In this document: positions 12,840 through 27,500 of the stretch, in pieces
Layout of the letters: each line of letters begins with the position of its first letter
How positions within the stretch are numbered: the stretch's first letter is position 1
DNA from: Octopus vulgaris
Lineage: Eukaryota
DNA length: 64,000 bases
Direction of reading: 5' to 3'
NCBI GenBank assembly: GCA_951406725.2
Contig: OX597839.1
Span: forward strand, 27,838,001-27,902,000
The notes under the pieces: generated by a model
What the model was told of the DNA's origin: nothing
The model's database searches: none
The model's input: the letters and a program-made list of their open reading frames with translations, nothing else
Program-made: the position numbers and the translations under genes

Positions 12840-12920
12840 TTTTGACATATGTTTCGAAGGCTGCATATTCCTAATTGCGAAGGAATAAGGAGTACATTAT
12901 GCCGCTTTCTCATCAGGAAA
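12840..12920 (-). ncRNA. Type I hammerhead ribozyme (family F1)
   Basis: Minus strand: tttc CTGATGA gaaagcggcata...tatgcagccttc GAAA catatg TC aaaa. An inverted partial copy lacking CTGA lies on + at ~12991-13063. Confidence 0.72.
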
Positions 12921-15900
12921 AGCAAGGAACTTATGTAAACATCAAGATGCACAAAAAACTTTTAGATGACTGCTCACACGGAGCCCATAGTGAGAAAGCA
13001 GCATAATATACTCCTTATTCCTTCGCAATTAGGAATATGCAGCCTTCGAAACATATGTCGAAAATAAAGGAATTTTGTTAATTGGTCGTTCAACTCCATT
13101 CTTTAATAAATTTAAATTTTATAAAGTATATATATATATATGTTTCTCAATAACCATATATATTTGATTCCTCCTTTTGTTGACAACGAACAATGTGCAA
13201 TTTCATTTGATTTTTATCAGTTGAAGTAAGGAAACACTCAGGAAACCCATTTATTTACATAGCACTCAGGCCACAATGGAGGCCGTGTCTGGAGCAAAGA
13301 GTGAAGTGGAAATCTCTTAGTTTATCATCATCATCATCATCACCACCATCATCATCATCACCATCATCATCATCACCATCATTGTTATTATCATTAATGT
13401 TGTTGTTTCAATATCCTTATTCACTCAGTTCCAGAAAGTTTCCGGACAACGGCCTGAAGAGTGAGTGACCTTCCCACCAATCCTTCGTATGCGTTTTCCC
13501 ATCCCTCTCATGCCAACATCTGCATAGCGCCAATCCCCTTCCTTGGTCCTTCTCCCCCATTAGCTTAACATACAGTTCATTTGACACTTTGTAAAGCAAC
13601 AACTTGATCTCTTTCATACCTTTTGTCGTTTGTCTTTTACTTGTTTCAGTCATTGGATTGTGGTCATGCTGGGGCACTGTCTGAAAGGGTCCTGTCGAAC
13701 ATACTGACCCCAGTTCTGGTTTTATTTATTTATTTATTTTTCTTTCATTCTTTTACTGGTTTCAGTCATTTGACTGCGGCTATGCTGGAGCACTGCCTTT
13801 AGTTGAACAAATCGATACCAGGACTTATTCTTTGTAAGCCTAGTACTTAATCCTATCGGTCTGTTTTGCTGAACCACTAAATTATAGGGACATAAACACA
13901 CCAACATTGGTTGTTAAGCGATGGTGGGGTACAAACACACACATACAACGAGCTTCTTTCAGTTTCCATCTACCAGTGCCACTCACAAGTCAATAGCAGA
14001 AGGCTCTTACCCAAGATGTCATATGGTTGGAAAGCACACTTCTTACCACACATCCACGCCTGTGACTATATAGGGACATAAACAAACTAACACCTGTTGT
14101 CAAGGACTTTATGTTCTGAGTTCAATTTCTGGCATGGTCAACTTTGACTTTCATTCTTCTATATTCAGTAATAAAATAAAATAAAGAAAACAGTCAAGTA
14201 CTGGGTTTTCTTTAATGTTCTAAACCCCTCCCTGCTCAGATTTTAGGTGTTGTGTCTATATTTGAAACAGCTGTTAAGAGCATTGGATTGGTAGAATCTT
14301 TAGAGAATTGGACAAAGGCAGAATCATTAGCCTTGCAGCTCTTTCCATTCTGAGTTAATGTCCATTTGGGGTCAAATTTGCCCTTCATCCTTCCATGAGA
14401 GGGAGGGTTGTCAATAAAATAAAGTAGCATTTAAGTACTGAGGCCACTGGCATTGACAGAACCCCTTCCCTCAAATTGCTAGCTTTGTGTCTGGATAAGA
14501 GACAAGTCACGTTCCTCTTTGGTTAAGCCCTCATCAAGTTTTCAAAGTTCCAATTGAAAAGGAAGCTAAGGAAGAGAGGGAGGTGCTAACCCCTATCCCC
14601 AACCTCTAGTAAATTTGTTCAAGGGAGGGTAAATGTGATGAGGACAGCCTGAGTGAGTGGGCCTACTTTAGGCATGGGCTTGTAGGATGGGGAGAACAAA
14701 CAAGAGAGTGCTATTTCCCAGTGGTGCCATCAATGGTTGGGATGATCCAGGATCTGTTGGTTTTCTTGGTTACCCCTAGATGGTAACTTCTCCCAATTGA
14801 GAAATTTTGCTGTGAAAATTTTCTTCTTAATTGTCGTAGTTTTCATTGCTTACACATCATCATCATCATCATCATCATTTAACGTCCGCTTTCCATGCTA
14901 GCATGGGTTGGACGGTTCAACTGGGGTCTGGGGAGCCCGAAGGCTGCACCAGGCCAGTCAGATCTGGCAGTGTTTCTACATGTATATGTAAATCCCCACA
15001 GTGGAGCACAATGGCTCAGTGGTTAGGGCAGCGGACTGGCGGTCACAGGATCATGGTTTTGATTCGCAAACCAGGCGTTGTGAGTGTTCATTGAGTGACA
15101 ACACCTAAAGCTCCATGAAGCTCCAGCAGGGGATGGTGGTGAACCCTGCTGTATTCTTTCACCACAACTTTCTCTCACTCTTTCTTCCTGTTTCTGTTGC
15201 ACCTGTATTTCAAAGGGCCAACCTTGTCACACTCTGTGTCACGCTGAGTCTCCCCAAGAACTACGTTAAGGGTACACGTGTCTGTAGAGTGCTCAACCAC
15301 TTGCACATTAATTTCACGAGCAGGTTGTTCAAATAGAACCTTCATCATTTTGAGAGCGGTTGGGTTCATTTTTAGTATTCTCGTTTGTGAGAGCAGTTGA
15401 GTTTATTTCAGATATTCTCATTTTAAAAATCATCTCTGGTTAATCATTGAGAGGACGTTGGTGTTGCCTTGATGGAGGTTTGCACTCTCTGAGTGCTCTT
15501 GCTATTATTATTATTATTATTATTGCCATCACCATTATAAACCAACAGTCAACCTGCTGTTGCATTTGACATCCGGTGTTTTAAACATTTCTTTGCATCA
15601 AATGATGAACGACTTTGAATTTGTCCAAGCAATTTGTTGCTGGTTGCTGTGCTTATCTGTTTTCAAATGTGGGTCTCTATATTCGCACCCCATACACATC
15701 TATTTATTCTCTGTTGCAGCCATGGCCATGGTTGCAGTGGTACTAGCAGTGATGCTGGTGGTGCCGGTGATGTCTTTGGCTGCAGGCTGCTGGTGGCAGT
15801 GGTGGAGGTTTTAGTTGCAGTGGTGGTGGTAGTAGCAGTTGGTGGTGGGGGATGATGTTAGGATTGGTGGTTGTGGTCACAGTGGTGGTGTTTTCGGCAA

Positions 15901-16040
15901 TGGGCTGGTGATGGTAGTGGTGGTGATGGTGGTGGTGATGGTGATGGTGGTAGTAATGGTGGTGGTGGTGGCCATGATGGGTTATACACACATGACCTAT
16001 AATTTAGAGCTATGCTAGACCACAGCCATAAACCACCACC

Positions 16041-16072
<32 letters not shown>

Positions 16073-16269
16073 ACTATAGCAGGATGGTGGTAGTGGTGTT
16101 GGTGGTAGTAAAGATAAATCACAGCACAATGTTAATATGTTTCCTAACTATACACCCACAGGATATTGTTCAAGTTGAACTTTACCATTATGTGTGGCCA
16201 AGTGCTGTGTGTAGTGGTGGTGGTGGTGGCAGTGAGTGGGGGTTAAAGTGGTGATGGTGGTGTCAACTA

Positions 16270-16880
16270 TGGTTGTGGTGTCGGCTGTGGTTGTGGTGTC
16301 GGCTGTGGTTGTGGTGTAGGCTGTGGTTGTGGTGTCGGCTGTGGTTGTGGTGTCGGCTGTGGTTGTGGTGTAGGCTGTGGTTGTGGTGTCGGCTGTGGTT
16401 GTGGTGTAGGCTGTGGTTGTGGTGTCAGCTGTGATTGTGGTGTCATCCGTGGTTGTAGTGTCGGCTGTGGTTGTCATGTCGGCTTGGTTGTCATGTAGGC
16501 TGTGGTTGTGGTGTCGGCTGTAGTTGTTCTGTCGGCTGTGCTTGTGGTGTCGGCTGTAGTTGTTCTGTCGGCTGTGCTTGTGGTGTAGGCTGTGGTTGTG
16601 GTGTAGGCTGTGGTTGTGGTGTCGGCTGTGGTTGTGGTGTCGGCTGTGGTTGTGGTGTCAGCTGTGGTTGTAGTGTAGGCTGTGGTTGTGGTGTCGGCTG
16701 TGGTTGTGGTGTCGGCTGTGGTTGTGGTGTAAGCTGTGGTTGTGGTGTAGGCTGTGGTTGTGGTGTCGGCTGTGGTTGTGGTGTCAGCTGTGGTTGTAGT
16801 GTCGGCTGTGGTTGTAGTGTTGGCTGTGGTTGTGGTGTTGGTTGTGGTTGTAATGTCAGCTGTGGTTGTGGTGTAGGCTG
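16270..16880. repeat. 18-bp minisatellite (gtcggctgtggttgtggt)n
   Basis: About 34 degenerate copies. Confidence 0.95.
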
Positions 16881-17997
16881 TGGCACCTTGGGCAAGTGTC
16901 TTCTAGTATAGCCCCGGGCTGACCAAAGCCTTGTGAGTAAATTTAGTAGACAGAAACTGAAAGAAGCCCGTCGTATATATGTATATATATATGTGTGTGT
17001 ATGTTTGTGCGTCTGTGTTTGTCCGCCCAACATCGCTTGACAACCGTAACTTAGCGGTTCAGCAAAAGAAACCAATAGAATAAGTACTAGGCTTACAAAA
17101 GAATAAGTCCTGTAGTCGACTTGCTTGACTAAAGGCGGTGCTCCAGCATAGCCACAGTCAAATGACTGAAACAAGTAAAGAGAGTACAGTAAATTCAGTG
17201 TCAAATTATTCATTCAATGTGTCCTTTTCTGTTTTAAGGAACTTTCCCTGCTATTTCTAGCAGGTTTATTGACGACATACACCCTCTCCTCCACACTCTC
17301 ACCTCATTTGTGGAATCAATTTCTTGCTTAACCCCAAGTTAATCCCCACTGATTAAACAAAGCTCTGATATCAAATGCATCCCAGCCATGACCATCCAAT
17401 TAGATCTATTATAATTTTATAATTGTCCTATTTGCTTTTGCATGCAGAGACTCCAAGACTACATTATCCAATATGGCATTTTTGAAAGCAGTAATGTCTG
17501 ACTTGCAAGAGACTTGACTGCTATTTTTAGCTGATTGGCTGACCTCAAAGGGGCTCCATGTTTTTATGAACTTGCTGTTGACAACAGATCATAAACATGA
17601 TGTTTAAGGAGGAATGGTTATATGGACCACCAGAGAAATAAAATATCGCCAATATCACAGATTTATAAGCACCGACCATGTCAACACAATCCCCTTTTAT
17701 CCAGCCGGTCAGGTGGAGGTAGTTGTGATGGTTGGTGATTATATTTTATGGACATGCTGGGTCCATAACTGTTCACCATTAAACTCGTCATGCTTGTGGT
17801 GCTGTGTCTACAGCTAGTTAATAAAATACTCATATACATATTTAGTTCTCTCATTCTGTTTGTGTGTGTGTATATATATATATATGTGTGCGTGTGTATA
17901 TATATATATATATATATATATGCACAAATGTGAATATGTACATATGCATGTGTGTATAGATATATGTATGTACATATATACACACACACACAGATAC

Positions 17998-18050
<53 letters not shown>

Positions 18051-18550
18051 TATACATATATATATATGTACGTATCATCATCATCATCATCATCATCATC
18101 ATTTAACATCCGCTTTCGATGCTAGCATGGGTTGGATGGTTCAACTGGGGTCTGTGAAGCCAGAAGGCTGCTTCAGGCCCAGTCTGATCTGGCAGCACAT
18201 ACACACACATATACATATATATGCACACACAAACACATATATACACACATATGCACACACACACACACACACATATATAGGCGCAGGAGTGGCCGTGTGG
18301 TAAGTAGCTTGCTTACCAACCACATGGTTCCGGGTACAGTCCCACAGCGTGGCACCTTGGGCAAGTGTCTTCTACCATAACCCTGGGCTGACCAAAGCCT
18401 TATGAGTTGATTTGGTAGATGGAAACTGAAAGAAGCCCGTCGTATATATATATATACATATGTGTATGCATATGTTTGTGTGTCTGTGTTTGTCCCCCCA
18501 CCATCACTTGACAACCGATGTTGGTGTGTTTACATCCCCATAACTTAGTA

Positions 18551-18680
18551 GTATTCCTTTTTATTATGAGTGGCTATGGCTTCTGCCATATTGTGGGTTC
18601 TTATTTCTTTGTCCTCGGGATTATCCTTCCAACGGATTTCATTATAGAGTGCCCTAGCTACAACATCATGTCTCATTGGT
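18551..18680 (-). mobile_element. R4/Dong-like LINE fragment (RHD motif region preceding the RLE endonuclease)
   Basis: Minus strand reads PMRHDVVARALYNEIRWKDNPEDKEIR...HNKKEY. Confidence 0.55.
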
Positions 18681-20188
18681 ATGTATGTATGTATGGATGT
18701 ACGTATGGTTCATTGCAGACTGGGCTGAAGCTGTGGGCTCTACAACTCTTCCTGAAATGAAATATTATTTATTTTGAATGCTTTTACAGTGGGAAAACCA
18801 TTCGGTCTCATTGCACAAAATAGTCACCATCCGCTTGTGTCCGTTGCCAGCCTCGCCTGGCCCCTGTGCCGGTAGCACGTAAAAGCACCATACGTTCGTG
18901 TCCGTTGCCAGCCTCGCCTGGCCCCCGTGCCGGTAGCACATAATAGCACCATCCGTTCGTGGCCGTTTGCCAGCTCTGTCTGGCACCTGTGCAGGTAGCA
19001 CATAAAAAGCACCCACTACACTCACAGAGTGGTTGGCGTTAGGAAGGGCATCCAGCCGTAGAAACACTGCCAGATCAGATTAGAGCCTGGTGTAGCCTTC
19101 CGGCTTCACAGACCCCAGTTAAACCGTCCAACCCATGCTAGCATGAAAAACGGACGCTAAATGATGACGATGATGATGATGATGATAAAAATCTGTGCTG
19201 GCAGAAATATTTTGAATTATATGTATTCTTTTAACCTATTCAGGAGTTTCATTGTGGAATTGAATTTGACAAATGACAAAGAGATATCAATGAAAATACA
19301 AAAATAATTAAAAAATAAATAGTTATTACTGGGCAGAATTTTAAACATCATTTTATCATTAATTGCTTTGTCTTGGTCACATGATTTGGGGTTTAATTAG
19401 GAAACTGGATTCCATGAATTAGGTCAGACTCCATGATAGTAATAAAGAGTTGAAGAATGGGTTGTGCTTCTAGGAATCTTAATATGCAAATGAAGAACTC
19501 TCCCTCCCTTCCGTCCTTCCTTCCTTCCTTCCTCTCTCTCTCTTTCTCTCCCTGTGCCTAGATGTGCCAGTGAACATGGACCACAATGTCAAAGTCTGAA
19601 GGTACATGAGAGTTTTTTCTTTTTTTTTGTCTTAAGAAAGATAGTACAGTACTTGCCCCTACTAAGCTTAAATCTTGAAGTACAGAGCCTAGTTAACCGT
19701 TATGCAAGGGAACTGGTTCAGGTGACATCAGTGCATGCCCACGTACCAGTCAGCCTAAGAAGTCAGCTCTTTCTCGCCAAGTTCAACATGGCTCAACGTG
19801 GTGACACCAGTTTGAGTTCCAATTCATTTACTACACTCTCAGAGTGGTTGGCGTTAGGAAGGGCATCCAGCTGTAGAAACTCTGCCAGATCAGATTGGAG
19901 CCTGGTGCAGCCATCTGGTTTGCCAGTTCTCAATCAAATCGTCCAACCCATGCTGGTGTGGAAAGCAGACATTAAACAATGTTGATGATGATGATGTCTC
20001 TCTAAGGAAATACATACCAACCAAGTACTACAGATGACAATATAACAATTGGCTACATTACATTCATCCCTCAGAAACATGAAACCCTTCACTAAATTCA
20101 AAATGTGTTTTACTATTCATGATTTCTTTTGTCTACAAAGAACATCAATTTCTGGAATAAAAGAATACAAAGAACACACACACACACA

Positions 20189-20287
<99 letters not shown>

Positions 20288-21881
20288 TGTGTGACAACAA
20301 AATAGGTAGACTGCAATATCATCGGAAACAGAGGAATATCTATATTCATTGAATAATACAAGTGTGGAGACTTAACAGATAAGATACAGAAACTTAAAGT
20401 CCTGTATGTAAGCATCTATACGTGTGTTCACACACACACACATATATATATACATATACACACATAGATAATAAGGATAATATAGATACTAACAGAATAT
20501 AATATAGATAATAAGGATTTATGCATAAACCATTCTCTTTTACTCTTTTACTGGTTTCAGTCATTTGACTGCGGCCATGCTGGAGCACCGCCTTTAGTCG
20601 AGCAACTCGACCCCTGGGACTTATTCTTTGTAAGCCCAGTACTTATTCTATCGGTCTCTTTTGCCGAACCGCTAAGTAACGGGGACGTAAACACACCAGC
20701 ATCGGTTGTCAAGCAATGCTAGGGGGACAAACACAGACACACAAACACATACACACACATATATACATATATACGACAGGCTTCTTTCAGTTTCCATCTA
20801 CCAAATCCACTCACAAGGCTTTGGTCGGCCCGAGGCTATAGTAGAAGACACTTGCCCAAGATGTCACGCAGTGGGACTGAACTCGGAACCATGTGGTTAG
20901 TTAGCAAGCTACTTACCACACAGCCACTTCTGCGCCTTGCATATGAATGTGCAACAATATGCAGTTGGTGCGATCGAAGCTCATGTCGGACTATTATTAT
21001 GAATAAACTAAGTGGAAATAAACGTAATGTTTGAGTGTTCAAATTCTTCATTCTCCTTATTATTAATATTGTCCTTTACACTCTAAGTAGCCAAGAAATA
21101 AACTGAAACATCAGATGGGAGCTAAAGGAAGATTTGCGGAAAATGCACCATCTGAAGGGACCAGCCTTGGTTTTTTACTCAGAGAAATTTGGTATCTGCC
21201 TGGATATTATATCCCTTCACCTCCTAGCTATTATCCAGAATATATTAATATGTATTTCTCTCTAAATATACACCTATTCCACCCCTTAAAAGGTTCATAG
21301 CAAATTTATCCATAAAACAATACTCAGTTTACTGGAATGTTCCATATAGTTAACAACCTAATAACATAATGTAAATCTTTTTTTTGTGTGTGAAGGCATG
21401 TGGATTAGTAGTTAGGGCATTCAACTCACAATTGTAAGGTCGTGAGCTCAATTCCTGGCAACGCGTTGTGTCCTTGAGCAAGACACTTTATTTCACTTTA
21501 TTGCTCCAGTCCACTCAGCTGGCAAAGATGAGTTGTACCTGTATTTCAAAGGGCCAGCCTTGTCACACTCTCTGTCATGCTGAGAACTACGTTAGGAGTA
21601 CACGTGTCTGTGGAGTGCTCAGCCACTTGCACATTAATTTCATGAGCAAGCTGTTCCGTTGATCATATCAGCTGGGGCCCTCGGCATCGTAACCGAGGGA
21701 GTGCTCCTATATATATATATATGTATATATATATATGCAAGTGAGGTTCTGTGGCAATAAGCTTGCTTCTCAATTACGTGGTTTCTGGTTCAGTCTCACT
21801 GCATGAGTCCTATGGTCAATTTGCTTGACTAAAGGCGGTACTCCAGCATGGCCACAGTCAAATGACTGAAACAAATAAAAG

Positions 21882-21924
<43 letters not shown>

Positions 21925-23931
21925 GTGTGTGTATGTATAGGACCTGTGGAAACGTGGTTCTTTTTTGTTTTTCTTTGTACTTCCATATAAAGAACCTCTT
22001 AACAAACCATTTCCAAATTTTTTATTACATTTCTTTTTACCATTATCATAAGAATCAGTCATAAAAAAAAAGCACAGAACTCCAAAAATATATTCACTGA
22101 AACAGTTGTGTCTCTGTTGGTGACATCTAATATCTTGTCAATGAGATGTTTGAACTTGAGATTTCCGGTGAATTCCAGGAGCTTTTACGACATTTTTACC
22201 ATTCCACCTTTCACTGCTTATTCAGCATTCACTTTTAAAGTTTTAAACTCGTTACAGGCTTTGCGTTAACATTGCTTCTTAAAGCGGATTAGTTAATCCT
22301 TTTAAATATTTCTGTTTACTTTGTAAAGCCATAGATTTTTCTAATTAGATGTAGATTATTTTTTTAACTTTGTGATGACTCGTGTGTGTGTGTGTGTATG
22401 TGTGTGTGTGTGTGTCTGTCTGTGTCTGTGTGGAGGGGTGTCACTCATGTTACACATTCACCAAAGTGAATATAGATGCAGGTGGAGTGGGGGTTAGGAA
22501 GTTTGCTTACTAACAACATGGTTTCAGGTTCAATCCTACTACAAGGCACTGTGGTTAGAGCAGCGATCATGGGATCGCGGGTTCGAATCTCAGACTTGTT
22601 GATGTGTGTGTTTAAGAGCGAAACCACCTAAGCCCCATGTGGCTCCGGCAGAAGGTAATGGCGAACTTCTGCTGACTCTTTCGCCACAACTTTCTCTCAC
22701 TCTTTCCTCCTGCATCTTGCAGCTCACCTGCAACGGACTGGCATCCCATCCAGGTGGAGAACCTATATGCCAAGGAAACCGGGAAAGCGGCCCTTATGAG
22801 CCAGGCATGGCTCAAGACAGAACAAACAACAAACAACTGTGGGTGACTGGCTTCTACTACTGCTCCAGACTGACCTTTGTTTCCTGAGTATATTTGGTAG
22901 ATGGAAGCCATATGGAAGTATGCCATGTATATAGTACGTGTGTGTGTGTGTTTGTCCCCCCACATCACCTCCCATAAAGAAGCAACTGGTATTGGCTTGT
23001 TTATGTCACCATAACTTACTTGTTTGAGAAAAGAGACTGACAGAATAAGAATGTACACACACACACACACATACACACACTAGGGTGACATGTACATCAA
23101 AATCAAATGGAAATTGTGCCGGTGGCACATAAAAAGCACCATCCGAACGTGGCCAATGCCAGCACCACTGTGACTGGCTTCCGTGCTGGTGGTACATAAA
23201 AAGCACCAACCAATCGTGGTCATTGCCAAACTCATCTGGCCCTTGTGCTGTTGGCGTGTAAAAAGCACCCACTACACTCTCGGAGTGGTTGGCATTAGGA
23301 AGAGCATCCAACTGTAGAAACACTGCCAGATCAGACTGGACCCTGGTGCAACCTCCTGGCTTCCCAGACCCCAGTTAAACCATCCAACCCATGCTAGCAT
23401 AGAAAAATGATGATGATGATGATGATAATTATCGAATAAGTTTTGATAAGTACCAATGCACAAAACTCTTGGCCCTCAAGTCACTCTGTTGCATCTGCTA
23501 AATATTCTTTTCTACTCTAGGCACAAAGCCCAAAATTATGTGGGAGGGGGCTAGTCGATTAGATCAATGCCAGTATGCAACTGGCATTTAATTTATCGAC
23601 CCTGAAAGGATGAAAGGCAAAGTTGACCTTGGCGGAATTTGAACTCAGAACGTAAACACAGATGAGATACCGCTAAGCATTTCGCCCGGCGTATTAATGC
23701 TTCTGCTAAATACTAATGAAAATATACATAAACTCATACTTTGAGTTTATTTTTCCTGTTTGTATCACCATATCTATCTATTTATCTATATGTCTACCTA
23801 TTAATCTATCTATCTATCTATCTATCTATCTATTCATCCATATATATATATACACACAAGTAGTGTGTATGTATGTGTAAATGTAATTATATGTATACAG
23901 GAACTTGTGATAATATTTTCTTATATGCACA

Positions 23932-24049
<118 letters not shown>

Positions 24050-24186
24050 ATGTCTGTATGTATATGTAATATGCTTGGTATGGTGAATGTATACAGAAAA
24101 ATTTACTGATTTCCTGTGGAAATATTTTGTTTGCAGTTGACATTCCATTTTGTTTCAACTTTGGTCACCTTTATATACTCTCAGTA

Positions 24187-24228
<42 letters not shown>

Positions 24229-25370
24229 GTGGGGGATGGGGGGGGGGCGAAGGCAGGGTACAGCTTCCTTCCTCTCTAACAGCAAAAAAGGAAGACATGT
24301 GATTACAGCCACATTGGCTGGGTCATACAAATTCCAGCTGTTTCATGGCCACACCTGAAATGAAGTGGCTCTTACTGCAAGTCTAGCAACTATATATATA
24401 TATATATATATATGAAGTGGCTGCAACCAGGACTTAGGGATTTATGAGAGAAATTTGGCGTGGCAGGACAAGGCTGCTATCACTCCCAAGTGTGGTAGGA
24501 TTAAAATTCAAAGGAACTTTTTTTTTATATATATACTTTTACTTGTTTCAGTCATTAGACTGCGGCCATGCTGGAGCACCACCTTAAAGGGTTTAGTCAA
24601 ATTGATCCCAGTACGATTTTTTTTTTTTTTTTTTGCAATTCTGACAGTTATTGTATCAGTCTCTTTTGCTGAACTGCTAGATTACAGGGACATAAGCAAA
24701 CCAACACTGGTTGTCAAGAAGTGGTGGTGGTAGGCTGGCAGAAACGTCAGCACAAGGCAGCAAGCTGGCAGAAAAGTTAGCACTGGTGGCGAAATGCTTA
24801 TCAGTATTTCGTCTGCCGTTACATTCTGAGTTCAAATTCCACCGAGGTCGACTTTGCCTTTCATCCTTTCGGGGTCGATGAATTAAGTACCAGTTACGCA
24901 CTGAGGTCGATGTAATCGATTAATCCCTTTGTCTGTCCTTGTTGAAGTGGTGGTAGGGGAGGCAAACACATTTCTAGGAATAGAATTTTCTCTCAGCCAC
25001 TTTGTCTCCGTGAGGCCCAGTGCTCGAACGGTGCTCTTTACGTGCCACTGGCATGTGTGCCAGTCACATGGCACCAATATCAACCATGACTACGATTTTA
25101 GTTGGTTTGACGGGTCTTCTCAAGCACAGTATATCACCAATGGTCTCGGTCACTAGTCATTACTTCTAGATACATAGAGAGAGAGAGAGAGATAACATGT
25201 ATCTATCATTGCCTGATAGATACATAGATATATATAAAAAAAGGTTGTTTAGTCCCAGTCCAGCCCTAACTGCACAGACCTATGATCAAATATGTTCCAG
25301 CCATGACCATCCTGTCATTTAGACTGAGTTTTTATAGAAATTCATTGTCGAATATGTTCAACCTTTTCAA

Positions 25371-25839
25371 TCATCAGTTTGGAACCCCTATCTTGCACAG
25401 AACATTGACCTCCTGGAATCTGTCCAGAGACGTGCAACCAAACGCATACCCTCCATCAGACACCTACCATATTCTGAGCGCCTTGTTTCCCTGGGCATGG
25501 ATTCACTGAAGCTCCGGTGTTTGGCGACGGACTTGGTAAACACCCACAAAGTTATCAACCACCTCACCAACAACAACACTGAACACCTTTTTGATCTCCA
25601 TGTGTCTAACACACGTGGACATGCCTACAAAGTCAGAAAACAATACAGCTCCCATGACTTTCGGAAACATTTTTTCACGCTCAGAGTTGCTGAAGCATGG
25701 AATAAACTGCCTGCGTCAGTTGTTGACTGCCATGACACTGCATCTTTTAAGGCCCTCATGCTTTCCGAAATCCGCCGAAACTTCACCTGATTATATATAC
25801 ACTTTAGATGAGTTGTAGTGCACCTGAGCACTGTACACA

Positions 25840-25870
<31 letters not shown>
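25371..25870 (+). mobile_element. 5'-truncated CR1-type LINE 3' end with (ATT)n tail
   Basis: SSVWNPY...LESVQRRATK...YSERL...TRGH...FFTLRVAEAWNKLP, the characteristic CR1 ORF2 C-terminus. Stop at 25790; (att)n at 25841-25870. Confidence 0.88.
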
Positions 25871-25872
<2 letters not shown>

Positions 25873-27085
25873 ACAAATCCATCAGGTCTTATGATACAAA
25901 ACCTCCTCTTCAAACAAGTTTATGTTTTCACGAGAGTTCAAAACATCTTGTGCAAGGGTCTGGGAACAGAGGGTGCTGGGGGTGTCTTCACCAGTGCAAT
26001 CCAAACATGGCAGCTACTGATGGAAGTGTGTGGACAGTAAGAGGAACTATGTTAAACAATGAACTTCATTTGGTCCCATTCCATGAGAGTGTCTTGCTCA
26101 GCCTCAGCTGATCCTCATAATAATAATAAAAATAATTATTATACCAGCAATTGTTTTAGTGGTAACATTGAAAAAAATCCACTTTTTCCATTAAAACATT
26201 TGAACCTGGTTTTGCCCCTCCTAAGCAAATTTTGCTTCCAGGCCACTGATCTTGTGGCATTAACATGGTAAAGGTAAAGTTAGTTCCTTGATTCATACTG
26301 ACTCATAAGGGCCAGTTAGCTGGGTTCTTCTCATATGTATATATTCCCCACCTGGACGGGATGCCAGCCCCTCGCAGGATTACTCACTTTTGCCTGCTGA
26401 ATGAACTAGTGCAACATGAAATGAGGTGTTTTGCTCAAGAACACAATGCGTTGACCAGTCCAGGAATTGAAACCGCAATCTTGTGATGATGAGTCCAACA
26501 CCCTAACCACTAAACCACATGTCTCCATGCATTAAGATGAGACCAAGGAGGAGGTTTATAGACATGTGGTGCTCGTCTCTTCCATTGTTTTTCAACGTCC
26601 GTCGCCAGCCTCGCCTGGCCCCCATGCCGGTGACACGTAAAAGCACCATCCGTTCGTGGCCATTTGCCAGCTCTGTCTGGCACCTGTGCGGGTGGCACGT
26701 AAAAAGCACCCACTACACTCACGGAGTGGTTGGCGTTAGGAAGGGCATCCAGCTGTAGAAACACTGCCAGATCTGACTGGGCCTGACGAAGCCTTCCAGC
26801 TTCACAGACCCCAGTTGCACCGTCCAACCCATGCTAGCATGGAAAGCGGACGCTAAATGTGGATGAGGTAGGTTTTGCTGACCACTGTTATCATGTGAAC
26901 CAACAGGCTGCAACAGATGTTCTATTTTGGAGACTTAACAGAGGATGGAAAGCACCAAACCACATTGATGGAATTGGCAGAGAAACGCATGGAACTGAGG
27001 ACTTACCAAAGTTAAGGGAGATCAGAAACTCTTGTGGCAGCATGGATGGTGAAATGCATCTAATTGAAGAAGACAAGGTAGGAGA

Positions 27086-27202
27086 CACACACACACATGC
27101 ATACACACACATACATACGTACATACACACATACATACATACATACATACATACATACATACACACACACACATACATACACACACACATACATACACAC
27201 AC

Positions 27203-27235
<33 letters not shown>

Positions 27236-27500
27236 CATACATACATACATACATACACACACACATACATACACACATACATACACACACACATACATAC
27301 ACACACATGCATACATACATACATGCATACATACATACATACATACACACACACATACATACATACATACATACATACATACACACATACATACACACAC
27401 ACATACATACATACACACACACATACATACATACATACATACATACACACATGCATACACGCACACGCATACACACACATGCATACACACACATACACAT
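27086..27500. repeat. (CATA/CA)n compound microsatellite
   Basis: Direct reading. Comparable long simple repeats lie at 48400-48720 (CT-rich), 60450-60700 (CA/TA) and 61130-61410 (TATC). Confidence 0.9.

Larger units (their letters stand above)
12222..13125. mobile_element. Two adjacent Penelope-like terminal fragments (F2 12222-12630; F1 12655-13125 with inverted arms)
   Basis: Hammerhead motifs, inverted arms (~12796-12911 vs ~12991-13108), (TA)n flanks. F1 recurs at 30770-31125 and 57190-57541. Confidence 0.6.

Noticed and set aside
16148-17213. Mucin-like, PQ-rich or CG-rich ORFs
   Set aside because: Translations of an 18-bp minisatellite fused to SINE sequence.
13417-17817. Candidate host exons in unique-looking islands (13417-13620, 15545-15700, 16171-16215, 17614-17817)
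   Set aside because: No recognisable protein similarity and no consistent strand or splice-phase chain; they may be old TE remnants.
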